A program made the translations under genes and the position numbers. DNA of 64,000 bases from Octopus sinensis. Its lineage: Eukaryota. The notes beneath the pieces are model-generated. The model saw nothing but the letters and a program-made list of their open reading frames with translations. It was not told the origin of the DNA and did no database searches. The DNA is taken from assembly GCF_006345805.1 (NCBI RefSeq), contig NC_043021.1:26226001-26290000 (forward strand), written 5' to 3'. Positions 52,761 to 64,000 of this stretch are shown here, one piece after another; the stretch's first letter is position 1; each line of letters begins with the position of its first letter.

Positions 52761-54198
52761 CATGTCTAATGTTCCTCACAAGAAGAACGTTAGCCATGTC
52801 AAGACAGCTTGCTATGGTCATAAGCACAAACCCTTTCTCTAGCCATAACCAATAAGATAAATGTGTGTGTGTGTCTGTGTTGAACAAAACTATGACAAGA
52901 TGGTCGTGGTTGGAATACCTTTGATCATACATCTGCTCCATCAGAACTTTTTAGGGACAACTATAATATATCTTTTATTGAAACTCCCAAAAGCACATGA
53001 AAGGCAAAAATGCAGCATTGTTGGGGGTATAAACTGAGAATGTAGAGGATCATTTAGTCCAGTAATTTATAATTTCTCCAACTCGTTGCCTTATAATCAG
53101 GTCCAGACTAATTATCATAGAACTGGGGTATAGTTGACTGAATGAATTTCAGTATATTACTCAGACCTGGCCGGGTGGTTAAGAAGTTTGTTTCACTACC
53201 ACATTGTTTTGAGTACAGTCCTATCTTGAGTCTTCTACTATAGCCCTGGGTGGTGAGGAGAGGATGGCAACGGGTAGTGTCAGAGCTATGCCATCGGGAA
53301 CTTCGGTTCCTGGTAGGGCCACCCAAGGCGGATTGGTTTGACACCGAGTGGTATTAGGGCCACAACCCAGCAGACAGGGCTCTGGTGAAAATTTTCGGAG
53401 CGTCTGTTCCAGCAACCGGCAGCTCCTCAGTCGTTCTGTCCCTGCGTCTGCAGACAATCTGCAGCAAACAGGATGTCTCTACCTGCGGGATTGTTGGGGA
53501 CCACTTGTGAAATCCACATATTCCCACGAAACTTCTTCCATCTGCCATGGTTCGAGATGCCTCGAGGGTGGCAGAAGAAGCCGACTCAACCCAAGCAGGG
53601 TGAATGTCACCACAAGTACAAGTAAATAAGTACCTAGGCAGACCAAGCCTTTGTGAGTGGATCTGGTAGGCAGAAACTGAAAGAAGCCTGACATGTTTGT
53701 GTGAGTTCATGCTTCCCTCATCTTCATATGCCTTTGCTTGCTGGTTGTAAACAAAGACTTCATTGGCTGCCATTTGCTTTCCAGTTCCTCCATGGAAACA
53801 TGTCTTGGTTGTTTGTTGTTCAATACATTTGGAAGTTATTCCCTCGCTGGGTAACCTGGGTGGGTTGAGGCTAGAAATGCATCTGGCTGTAGAAAACTCT
53901 ATCCATTCACACTCGTTTGACCCATTGCAAATATGGGGAAATATATGCTAAAACAATGAGGATGACAATAACTTCAGGCTGAGGGTCAGATATGGAACCA
54001 TGTAAGCATTTACTCAACCATTATCCTATTTCTGCCCATTCATTATAATATGTACTTATTAAAAAATAACTTGTGGTTTACAAAATTCTTTATCTCTGTG
54101 TTAGAATTTTTTTGTTTTCTCTTTTGTATTATTTGAAACTGTGAAATGTATTGTGTCTTAAGTTTACCAATGTTTGTTTTTTTTTTGTTTTTTTACAG

Positions 54199-54348
54199 AA
54201 TAAAAACCAAATGGCACCCCCCAATGTACTTCCACCAAAGCGAACTTGTACAGAAACTGAATTAGGAGATATCAAGAAAACTGTTGATAAAAAACCACCT
54301 ATAACTTGTGACGAAAAAAATGTGAAAAGTAGCCAAAACATGTTACGA
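54199..54348 (+). CDS. PHF21A: PHF21A-like coding exon 6 (NKNQMAPPNVLPPKRTCTETELGDIKKTVDKKPPITCDEKNVKSSQNMLR)
   Basis: Long T-tract + CAG acceptor, CGA|GTAAGT donor, 150 nt, phase 0/0. Assigned on splice signals and frame compatibility rather than recognisable homology. Confidence 0.8.
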
Positions 54349-56998
54349 GTAAGTTGACCTTGTTTTTATTTGCTGCACTTGAATGAGAATTATTTGTTAA
54401 CCGATAGAGACAGTCTTGCTAGCAATTCCTCACAGCTGAATAGAACTGAAACAATGTAGAATGAATTAAGTTCCCTGTCCAGTAATAGATGGGTTAGTGA
54501 ACTGATTTGGCTGCAAATTGGAAAGCTGGTCAGGGAGAAGGTTTTTGAAAAATTCTGAGGAAAGGAAAATTCCAGCTGAGAGATTTGATGTAAAGAGAAG
54601 CAGAATGCAATAAAAAAAATCTTTCTCTATGGGAAAAGTTTTGAGGTTTAAGAGATTACCGACTTGAAAACAAGGAAATGAGAAAGTGCATTGAGCTACA
54701 TGTGTCGTTGGTCAGTGCTAATTATACAACAGTCTGGTCACTAAATATTCCGTCAACAGAGAGAGGTGATTTGTACATCAATGACAATCTAGAGACCTGC
54801 TACACACCAAAGAATGGCTCCCTGTCACTGGTTCTCTTTATACTTTATATAAATTGCTAACGGTACTTTTCACCATTGATATGATTTTAAATCAACAAAT
54901 GCAGAATTCCTAAATGATAGTTCTCAAAATAGTCTTGGAATATGTCTTGTATATAAAAAGAGAAGTTAGTTTATCATATTGAATAACATTGAAACAGAAT
55001 TGGTAAGAAGTGAAAACAATTCCAAAACACTGGGTCCAAATGTTGAAAAACGTATATTTGAGGGAAATGCTGATGGTAACCACATTCATATTAACCTGAT
55101 TTCTGTGGTTGAGGCATTGACTCATGCAAAAGATCCTGCTCTGGGCAACACAAGCTGATGGGAGAACTTGTATGCCATCACTCACTTGACCTGCTAGAAA
55201 CAGCAGCCAAATGAGATTAAATTGAGTAGTGTAGTTTTTGTGTAGCAAAAACTTAAGATGGTCATGGTTGACTTGAGCTAAGACCATGGTCAGTGCTACA
55301 AAGATTCTTTGTCCAATGAAGTATCATCTGTTACCACCTGTCTCCCTTTACAGCTGGAGGCCTCCTCCTTAAAACCTACAAAGACTTGAGAGAGTTTCAG
55401 AAAAATAGACATAAAACATAAAGGTTGAAGGGACTTAATAAGGGGCCACTCTTAATGCAGCCATCTTCAGCAGAGCAACAATACTTTGAGGACAGAAAGG
55501 ATTCTCATTCACCAAGAACTAAGTTCAAAATGTTGAGAATCTAATAAATCTTCATTTTTTGATTTTACTTCTTAAGGAAATGGTTCTTGATGGTGTAAAC
55601 CAATGGCTCTCTCTCTCTCTCTCCTCACATTTCATCTAGCAATCTGCTACAACCTCAAGCACATTGATGCTCTCCATGTAGTTTCTCTTTCTGCCTCAGC
55701 TGTTTCTCTTTCTTTCCTCTTCTCATAAGTGTTTGTTTGTTTAGTTTTTAACTCTTTTTTTTTTTATGCTAGTACGGGTTACACGGATGTATTTCTCAGA
55801 CATTGATTTACAACCAGATGCCCTTCCTGTCACTAGTCCTTACCTATTTTTAAATAAGAAAGCACTTATTGTCTCTTATTTCACATCTCTTCAAAGGACA
55901 AAACCAGCAGATAATGTTTTGGCAACAGATATAATATTATCACTGCTTGTAACTCACAATTTTCAGAGAAGCACAAACGTAAACACTCACACTCACACAC
56001 ACACACACGCGCGTTTGCATACGTGAAGTGTTATTTTCTTGTTTTAATTATTTTAAAAAGTTTTTTGTCTACTTGTATAGGTGAATTGCAATGTTCTTGT
56101 AATAAGCAGTTTTCCGTTTACAAATCCATCTTCTTTTCTGATCTTAACTTCTCCCTCGCATCCTTTCACATTTGTGAACACACATTCACAGTCTCTCACT
56201 ATTTACATCTATTATAGATTGCTCTTCCTCCTCCAACTAACTGGTTTTTCTCTTCCTTGTTTGTCCCAATGTTTGTGTGTGTCTGTTTATATCAGTGTAT
56301 ATGTTTACAAACATAGCTTTATTATGTGGATAAACAAATTAGATATAACAGTCTGAGTTTGATATATAAAATCTATATATATGTAAACAGGCAAACAGAA
56401 TGAAAGCAAAGACTGAAGGTTTCCAGACGATGAATATTTAAGTATAAACATAAGAGATGTTTATATATCGGTAGATCAAACTTACACAGAGAACAAACAA
56501 CAGAGAAATTTAAACTGTCCCTTAATCCATTGCAGACTTTCAGAGCAACTCTTTGCAATTTGTTTTTGAATTAATGCTTAACCCCTTACTGTCGCTTCCC
56601 ATCCAACTTAACATCTTTGTTAGGGTTCTTCACATCTCACTAAAACACCTACACCTGTTATCCTCTTTTCTCCCTTATGCTTCCCTTTATTCCTGTCCAG
56701 CATTCTTGACTTCAAAGAAAGTCATCCATTAAAACATCAATACACGTCTCCCCACAGCCTCCATACAAACTCATCTCTGTCCCTAAACTGTACTAAATGA
56801 CTTTTCACCAAAACACAACCCTGCTTAGGTATTTATGTCATGAATAGGTAAGGTATTTTCTGCAATGCACTTAATTCCACTTGCCTAAGTTTACCTAGAT
56901 GCTGTAGTTAGCCTTAATAGAGAAGATGTATGAACAAAGAGACGTTCTAGCCATAATTGTCCCTACTTTTTGTTAGATGTAGAGGTGAAATTTGAGGG

Positions 56999-57051
<53 letters not shown>

Positions 57052-57667
57052 TATATATATATGCATATATATATATATATATATGCATATATGTATATAT
57101 ATATATATACATATATGTATATATATGATATATGATATAGAAGACTCATCAGGCCAAGTGAAATCTGAAGTTGTGGCCATTGCCGGTGTCATGTAAGCAG
57201 CACCCATTACACTCCTGGAGTGGTTGGCATTAGGAAGGGCATCCAGCCATAGAAACCATGCCAAATCAGAGTGGAACCTGGTGCAGCTCTCTGACTTGTC
57301 AAACCATCTAACCCATGCCAGCATGGAAAGCGGATGTTTGAGGATGAGGATATGAGTAGGCATGGCTGTATAATTCAGAATTTCCTTTTTCAACCACGTG
57401 GTTTCAGATTCAGTCCCACCTTGTATAAATGTTTTCTACTCTAGCCTATGGCTGACTAGTGTCCTGTGAGTGGAATTAAGTAAACGGAAATTGTATGGGA
57501 GCCTGTCGTGAGTGTGTGTATGAATGTTGGCATTCCATGGTTTCACTTGTCACTGCCAGAGTGGAATGGTAATGTGATGTTTACATTCCTTGTTGGCATT
57601 ACACCCAATTGCTCAGCGCTTTTAAAGACCAATGCCATAAAATCTCTGTTACTTGAAAAGCCAGTTA

Positions 57668-57721
<54 letters not shown>

Positions 57722-58266
57722 GTACACATGTATGCATACATGTAGGTATGTGTGTGTGTGTGAACCATGGTTATTTAGTTAAACAGCTCACTTCCCAACC
57801 ACATTTTCAGGTTCAATCCTGGTGTACGACACCTTGTTCAGGTGTCAGGACCAACAGGATGAAAATACATTACATGGAAAACAAATAAAGGTTTGGCATT
57901 GGGAAGAGTTTCCAGTCATATTAAATCTTTCTTGACAAACTTCATCCGATCCATGCCAGTACTGAAAAATGGATGTAAAAATGACTGGTGATGCCATTGC
58001 ATGTGTTTGTGTCTCCTCTTTCTCACACACACACATACGTATGTGACTCCTGTAGTGTTGTAGTAATGATCAGAAGCATAGGGAAGATAGCCCTGGTGTT
58101 TAAATTCATTGCAAATAGATAAGAATCGGTGAATCAATACCAGTGACAGTTCAGTGAACTTTATTCCTGCCTCAGTTATTTTTCAATTTCAGTTGATTAT
58201 GAAAATTCCTTTATTTTATCACGGTGCCATTCTTGTGCTCATTTTTCGTTTTGCTTCTATTTCCAG

Positions 58267-58318
58267 AAACTGCAGTATATGGCTTCTCTAGATTTAGTTA
58301 CACCCGAAACATTAAAAG
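58267..58318 (+). CDS. PHF21A: PHF21A-like coding exon 7 (KLQYMASLDLVTPETLK+1)
   Basis: ttctatttccag acceptor, AAG|GTTGGT donor, 52 nt, phase 0/1. Matches KLAFMVSLGLVTHDHLE as recalled. Confidence 0.9.
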
Positions 58319-59533
58319 GTTGGTTTTCATTTCCATGCCTTAGTAAGTTTTCTCAAGTATTTTAAACCACAATTTATCACCTCTGCATATGTTTATTTAT
58401 TTCAAATGCCCCTCCCCCCATTAGTTATTATATGTAATATAAAACTGGGAAAACAAAAAAAAAACTGATAAATTACATGCATATTAATAATAATAATAAT
58501 AATAAATCTTTCAACGTAATTGAACTAATGATTTTAAAAATAACCTTTCTGTTAATATTTTTTATGGTAAAAAAAAAAAGAAAATTTTTTAAAAATGAAT
58601 GAAAGAAAATTTTGAAATTTGCAAATCTTTTGAATTTAAAGTAAAAGCAAATTATTATTACTTTTAGATCATTTCTGAAATTTCTGAACTTTTGGCTGTG
58701 TAAAAATATAAACAATGGCTATTTTTACAAAGTTCACGCTTTTATTGAAGTTAATAAGACAAATAAATTGAACCACATTTATCATTTTGCATCAAGTTTG
58801 TTAGGAATGATTTGTTCTTGATTTTTCTCTCAATCCAATTAAACTTTGAATGTGAATTGCTTCAATCTAAAACAACCCAACAACTTTTTTCTAGGCAAAA
58901 TGGAAGAAAAATACAATAATGAAATCTGTAGGAAACGTGCAATGGAGAGACTAATGATAGACGGGACCCTTAGAGACCCTTGGCACAAAGGAATGATGGG
59001 AGGTGGACGAGGTTAGTGGAAGAAATAGTACTATTGTCGAGCTTGTGAATAATTAGTGTAGTGGTTGAAGTGTGCCAGGCTTACTAATTTGTCAGTTAAT
59101 TAGTTCTCTCAAACATGAAACAGCTTGATGCAAAATAGCAAGAAACATTTCTTGAAAACTTTCTGATAGTTTCAAATTAAATCTTTCACGTTGCCCTTCC
59201 AATAAATATAGTTGTTGTCATTTCAATTTGGTTTGGTTTTTGTGTGTGGTTTTTGTTTTGTGATTTTGTTTTGCCGTTATGTAATCAAAAAAAGCCTTTG
59301 TGAAGATAAATTTTAGGACAAATACACATTTTCTGTTTATTTCTCAAAATTAATTCCACACCACTTAACTGTTTAACTTGTTTGAGTCACTTAAGTTCTC
59401 ATTTCATAAAAAAGCCTTTAGAGCACAGCTCAATATTAAGTATTAATAGTTGTTTGGTCATTTTATTTCCATTGTAGTTTTGTTGTTGTCTGTGAAGAAC
59501 TCAGTCTGATTTTGTATTTCAATCTTTCCCCAG

Positions 59534-59610
59534 AGTTGCAGAGTAAAAGGTCTGAGCGGAAAAGACGAAGTACAGCCAACCCACAATTTAGTTACAGCTT
59601 AGAAAGTGAT
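59534..59610 (+). CDS. PHF21A: PHF21A-like coding exon 8 (ELQSKRSERKRRSTANPQFSYSLESD)
   Basis: ctttccccag acceptor, GAT|GTAAGT donor, 77 nt, phase 1/0. Matches [20 protein letters not shown] as recalled, a hallmark PHF21 motif. Confidence 0.93.
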
Positions 59611-60828
59611 GTAAGTTAACATTTTATTTCTGTCTCTCTGACTTTATTAAACAGAGATCCCAACACAGCCCCACCCCAACTCTTTTGCCTTTCTACTGTA
59701 TCCCTCCCTTGTCTTTCCTCCCTCAGTTATATAGGCCATTCTAGGTCCTTAGCCCAGTACACCCTGTAAAGTGTTGGCATTAAGAAGGACACTGAGTCAT
59801 AGAAATCATGCGAAAGTAGACAGTGGAGTGTGATGCAGTCCTTTGACTCTGCAGATCCTGTCAAATTGCCCGACCCATACCAGCCCAGAAGCTGGACATT
59901 AAATGATGATGATGATGATAGTTTGTAAAGAATAAGCAGTACACAGTATTGAATATGAAGTATTGACAAACAAGACACTGTGCTGGGCTGTTGTTATGGA
60001 TGAGTGTTGTTTTTTATAGAGGACAAGACTGAATTATAGATAATGTGTTAAGGGTAATTGGACACTGGTGTGGATTAAAAGGTGATTGCTCCTTTATAAG
60101 CAACACCTGTAAGGTGGGGATGAGGAGACTGGCTGAGTTGATAGAGTTTTGGATGATTGCCAGGTAGTATCTCTCTCACTCTATGCTCTGAGTTCAAATA
60201 ATACCGAGTTTGACTTACCTTTTGTCTGTTCTGCACTGGAGTCAATTCTCTCTTTTTTTTTTCACCTAGAAGAAACCAGCTGTGTTCAAACCTGGGGGTT
60301 GATGGTCTCTATCAGATCTGAAAATGCTGAAGCTATACTGAGTGTCTTAATGGCACGCCAATGACTCCACCAGGTGCAAATTGTTGTAAGCAATATTTAA
60401 GGGATTGTAGATGGTTATTGAATGAAACAACCAAGTTAAAACCATATTTAGCATAGAATAAAATTAACCCTCCCTCTGTTGATTAAAGTTTTGCTAGTGA
60501 TGTAACATGCTAATCATATGCAAATCAGTTCTTACAACCTCTTTCTATTGGCCAATAAAAATAAAATGTACGACATCATATGAAATATGGAGAATTTCAC
60601 TAAGCACCCATCTCTCAAAAATGAGTAAACTCAGTTCAAATGCACAGAGCTAAGTGTTGTTGGTTCCTTTGGAGTAAGGCTTAATGATTCCTCTGTATCT
60701 CCTGCATATTGACATGGAATTGACCAGGAATTCCCACCTTTTTGTCTCTGTTATTTTATGCTGTCTTTACAACATTTGATCCTTAGATACATTTTGATTT
60801 GTTTCTTGTCCCTTTTCTTCTCTTGTAG

Positions 60829-60889
60829 AGAAAACGAATGAACTATTTGGTCGGATCAAACATTACAACTGGAACAAAACGACCTCGAG
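60829..60889 (+). CDS. PHF21A: PHF21A-like coding exon 9 (RKRMNYLVGSNITTGTKRPR+G); the gene continues beyond the window
   Basis: cttttcttctcttgtag acceptor, GAG|GTACGG donor, 61 nt, phase 0/1. Resembles [21 protein letters not shown] as recalled, leading into the AT-hook. Confidence 0.88.
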
Positions 60890-61890
60890 GTACGGTGATT
60901 ATTGTTGGTGTTGTAGTTGTGAGGGTGTTGCTCATCAGGATCATAAAATCATGGTTTCAATCCCTGGATCGGGCAATCTCTGTTGCGTTCTTAAGCAAAA
61001 TACTTTAGCTGTGGATGTGTTCCAGCAATGGGTGGGATGTTGGTCCAGCAATGAACTGAGGGGGTAGTCTTGTAATCTCAGCCCCTTATGCACCGTGAAA
61101 ACTGGGTATGTGTGTTGGGGCTCACATTTTGAGTTCAAATCCACTAGAGTCAAGGGTCTATTTTTGCCTTTTCTCACTCAAGGGTACCAGTAATTATACT
61201 GAGACATTTCTACCAATCTGTGATATCAAAAATAATTAACTTTGTACTTAAAATGTTTTGTGGGGGGATAATTCAAAGTTCTGCAAGTAAAGACTAAAAA
61301 AGAGTGAAAATTTATTTTCTGGTGGAATAAATCCCTGACTTGGGTTTTAGTTTTTCTTTTTCCTTCTTTAAATAGCAAAATATTTAGTTCAAACTGAAGA
61401 AGTCAAATGTAAGATTGGAGGATTGAAAGTGTTGTGGTGGTTCAAGGGAAGAATTAGGAGAGAACATTTGATGTGGAAGATGGAACTGGTTGGAAAAAAG
61501 AAATGAAGTGAAATATATGAACTCCGCAGTAATTTATTTTGTGTTTATTGACTCCAAATTATATATTTTCAGTCAATTGCTTACTTGGTTTTAAACTTCT
61601 TGCATTCTACATGAGTATGTACAGTATCTGTGCTTATACGTTGATTGTGTACTCTCTGTAGACCAGCGTTTCTCAACCAGGGGTCCCGCGAGAAAGAGTG
61701 AGATAAGCTAATGCTAATTTCATGATCGTAATATTGCTATAGATGCACAACATTTTATTGGTTATTGTAATATAGACATCATCCTACCTAACCTATCATT
61801 TTATCAAAAACAACAATTATTATGATTATATGTATGTATATATATATATATATATATATAATGTGCGTGTGTATGTGTATATATATGTAT

Positions 61891-62079
61891 ATATTCTGTT
61901 GTGTCTGGGAGAGTGATTCTCTTTTAGTGCCTTATAATTTAACACACTCACCAGTAAAATTTCCACTTATTTCTTTTTTTTTAAAAAAAAAGAAAGAAGG
62001 AAATGGAAATTTTATTGGTGAGTGTGTTATATAATAAGGCACAAAAAGAAAATGACTCTCCCCCGACACAACAGAATAT
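61891..62079. repeat. Imperfect ~189-bp hairpin (fold-back element)
   Basis: ATATTCTGTTGTGTC...CACACTCACCAGTAAAATTTCC pairs with GGAAATTTTATTGGTGAGTGTG...GACACAACAGAATAT. Arms of about 75 bp with a handful of mismatches. Confidence 0.85.
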
Positions 62080-62238
62080 GCTTCAACACACGAACTCACA
62101 TAAAGAATCTTGCAAATCTAATCCAAAAATGAAATGTGTGTGTGTGTATATATATATATAGTAATATAATAAATAAATAAAATATATGCATATATACATA
62201 CATATATGTACATACATACTATTACATGTATATATACA

Positions 62239-62274
<36 letters not shown>

Positions 62275-62365
62275 TACAGGACACCACAAATAAACGTAAA
62301 ACACAACGAGACGAGAACATAAAATCAAACAAGGAAACGGACTTTTTTAAACAATGAAAAAACAG

Positions 62366-62601
62366 AGTACAGGACAAACAATACAAGGAAATATGCATAT
62401 ATTTTATTTATTTATTATATTACTATATGACCGAACGCACGCGTTATTTCTCTATTTCTCTTCTCCAAGTTTTTATATATATATATATATATAAAAACTT
62501 GGAGAAGAGAAATAGAGAAATAACGCGTGCGTTCGGTCATATAGTAATATAATAAATAAATAAAATATATGCATATTTCCTTGTATTGTTTGTCCTGTAC
62601 T
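62366..62601. repeat. Perfect 236-bp palindrome centred on (TA)n
   Basis: 62366-62483 is the exact reverse complement of 62484-62601 (checked by eye). Confidence 0.9.
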
Positions 62602-62703
62602 GATACACTGATAAACAGTTTCGCCATGGGCTCTTAGGAGCATAGTTCGATTTGGTTTTTGCTCCGCCTCTGTTCTGTTTTTGTTTCTCTAACGGATTTC
62701 CTT

Positions 62704-62793
62704 TTTTCTTCCTGAAGAGAAAGACACAATATGGTCCCATTATTCAATCGGATTTTGGTAATTTGTGCCTTTCGAAACACGTGTAGAATGAAA
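62704..62793 (+). ncRNA. Type I hammerhead ribozyme (Penelope-like-element type)
   Basis: Core CUGAAGA at 62712-62718. Stem II GAAAGACACAA/UUGUGCCUUUC has one A-C mismatch. GAAA at 62774-62777. Stem III is the palindrome ACACGUGU, with a GUA triplet at 62783-62785. Stem I UUUCUUC/GAA(U)GAAA. AATAAA follows. Confidence 0.72.
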
Positions 62794-62997
62794 TAAAACG
62801 ATTTCTGTTCAATCTGCGTTCAGCTCCATTTCCTCAATTCACCAATAATGTTTTAATTTCAATTATCCGCACCAACGCACGGTTGCAACGCCAGATGGTT
62901 GTACCTCCAACCGTGCTGTTTACTGCTGTGATTTTTGCTACTAAGGTATCGGTTAACTTTTGATTAATCTACAACAAGATTATTCATCTTTCTATTT

Positions 62998-63039
<42 letters not shown>

Positions 63040-63114
63040 CATGTATATATACATATATATATACATATATATATATATATGTATGTATGTATATATTATA
63101 TATACATATATATG

Positions 63115-63175
<61 letters not shown>

Positions 63176-63538
63176 TATATATATATATTATATATATATA
63201 TATATGTACACACATACATACATATATATACATATATCTATATGTATTATATGATATTTACCATGTGAACTACCATGAAAAAATATGAAAGACATGGTGT
63301 ATAATTTTTTGGTGCCGGGGTTCCTTGAGACATATAATCTATTTTAAGGGTTACACGCAGGTAAAAAGATTGAGAAACACTGCCCTATACCAAATATTGT
63401 TTTATGTGGACTGTCCAACCCCTACAAGCATGGAAAAGCATTAAAACAACAATGGTGATGTCCCCTCATATTGGCCGTGGCTTTAGCTTTATATAATTTG
63501 CATGTTTTATATGAACTCAAATTGTATTGTTTTATGTG

Positions 63539-63765
63539 TTAACCTTTTAGCATTTAAACTGGCCACATCCAGTAAAAATATTCTACCTGTTTTATATTCA
63601 GACTGGCCATATCTGGCCTCTCACACTTACCCTAAAATGTCATTGTAAAAATAAACCATCACATCATTGAAATCTCAAAGCTACAAGATAATACCTGATT
63701 AATTCAAAACAATGTGAATAAATAAGGATTATTTTTAGAGAATTATATGAATGCTAATGGGTTAA
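63539..63765. mobile_element. TTAA-flanked piggyBac-like MITE
   Basis: TTAACCTTTTAGCATT ... AATGCTAATGGGTTAA termini. Confidence 0.6.
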
Positions 63766-64000
63766 CACGGGTGTGAGTAGTATCCTGCAAGTGTTATTAG
63801 GGAGACTAGCATCCGGTCCAGTGATTAGGGATTTATCCCAGGTTTGCTTAACACCATTAGAAAGTGGTGTTGAACAGGTATGGCCACACAGATTCAGTCA
63901 TGGTTTATGACTAAAGTGGTGGGACAACTCAGAATCACTCAACAGATACAGGATGATGGAATGACACATTAGAAGGAACTAAAAAGCATACCAGAAATAC

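Larger units (their letters stand above)
61664..63382. mobile_element. hAT/Charlie-like non-autonomous element with nested cargo
   Basis: TIRs CAGCGTTTCTCAACC and GATTGAGAAACACTG. The 8-bp flanks CTGTAGAC and CCCTATAC match 5/8, resembling the NTCTAGAN target. Confidence 0.6.

Noticed and set aside
62960-63288. Ile/Tyr-rich ORFs here and at many other (TA)n/(CA)n tracts
   Set aside because: These are translations of microsatellites.

Overview
AT-rich eukaryotic genomic DNA, dense in microsatellites and SINE/LINE remnants. The repeat landscape is typical of octopus (inference; no database search was run). The window holds the 5' two-thirds of one + strand gene, a PHF21A/BHC80-type chromatin regulator (unmethylated-H3K4 reader of the LSD1/CoREST complex). 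I reconstructed nine coding exons by eye: 4673-4735, 7972-8004, 9449-9514, 42578-42670, 43618-44292, 54199-54348, 58267-58318, 59534-59610 and 60829-60889. All introns are GT-AG and phase-compatible. The exons total 1270 nt (423 codons + 1 nt), and intron 3 is about 33 kb. The PHD finger and C-terminus lie beyond the window. Introns carry RTE- and CR1/L2-type LINE fragments, tRNA-derived SINEs and several MITEs. The most notable non-coding signals are: (1) a complete type-I hammerhead ribozyme fold on the sense strand of intron 9, beside a perfect 236-bp palindrome, inside a hAT-type element; (2) a dispersed repeat with a hammerhead-like fold and an atypical core; (3) long fold-back duplications; (4) a candidate cassette/poison exon; (5) CpG-retaining blocks inside intron 3 that may be internal promoters. 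Most ORFs in the supplied track are microsatellite or repeat artefacts.
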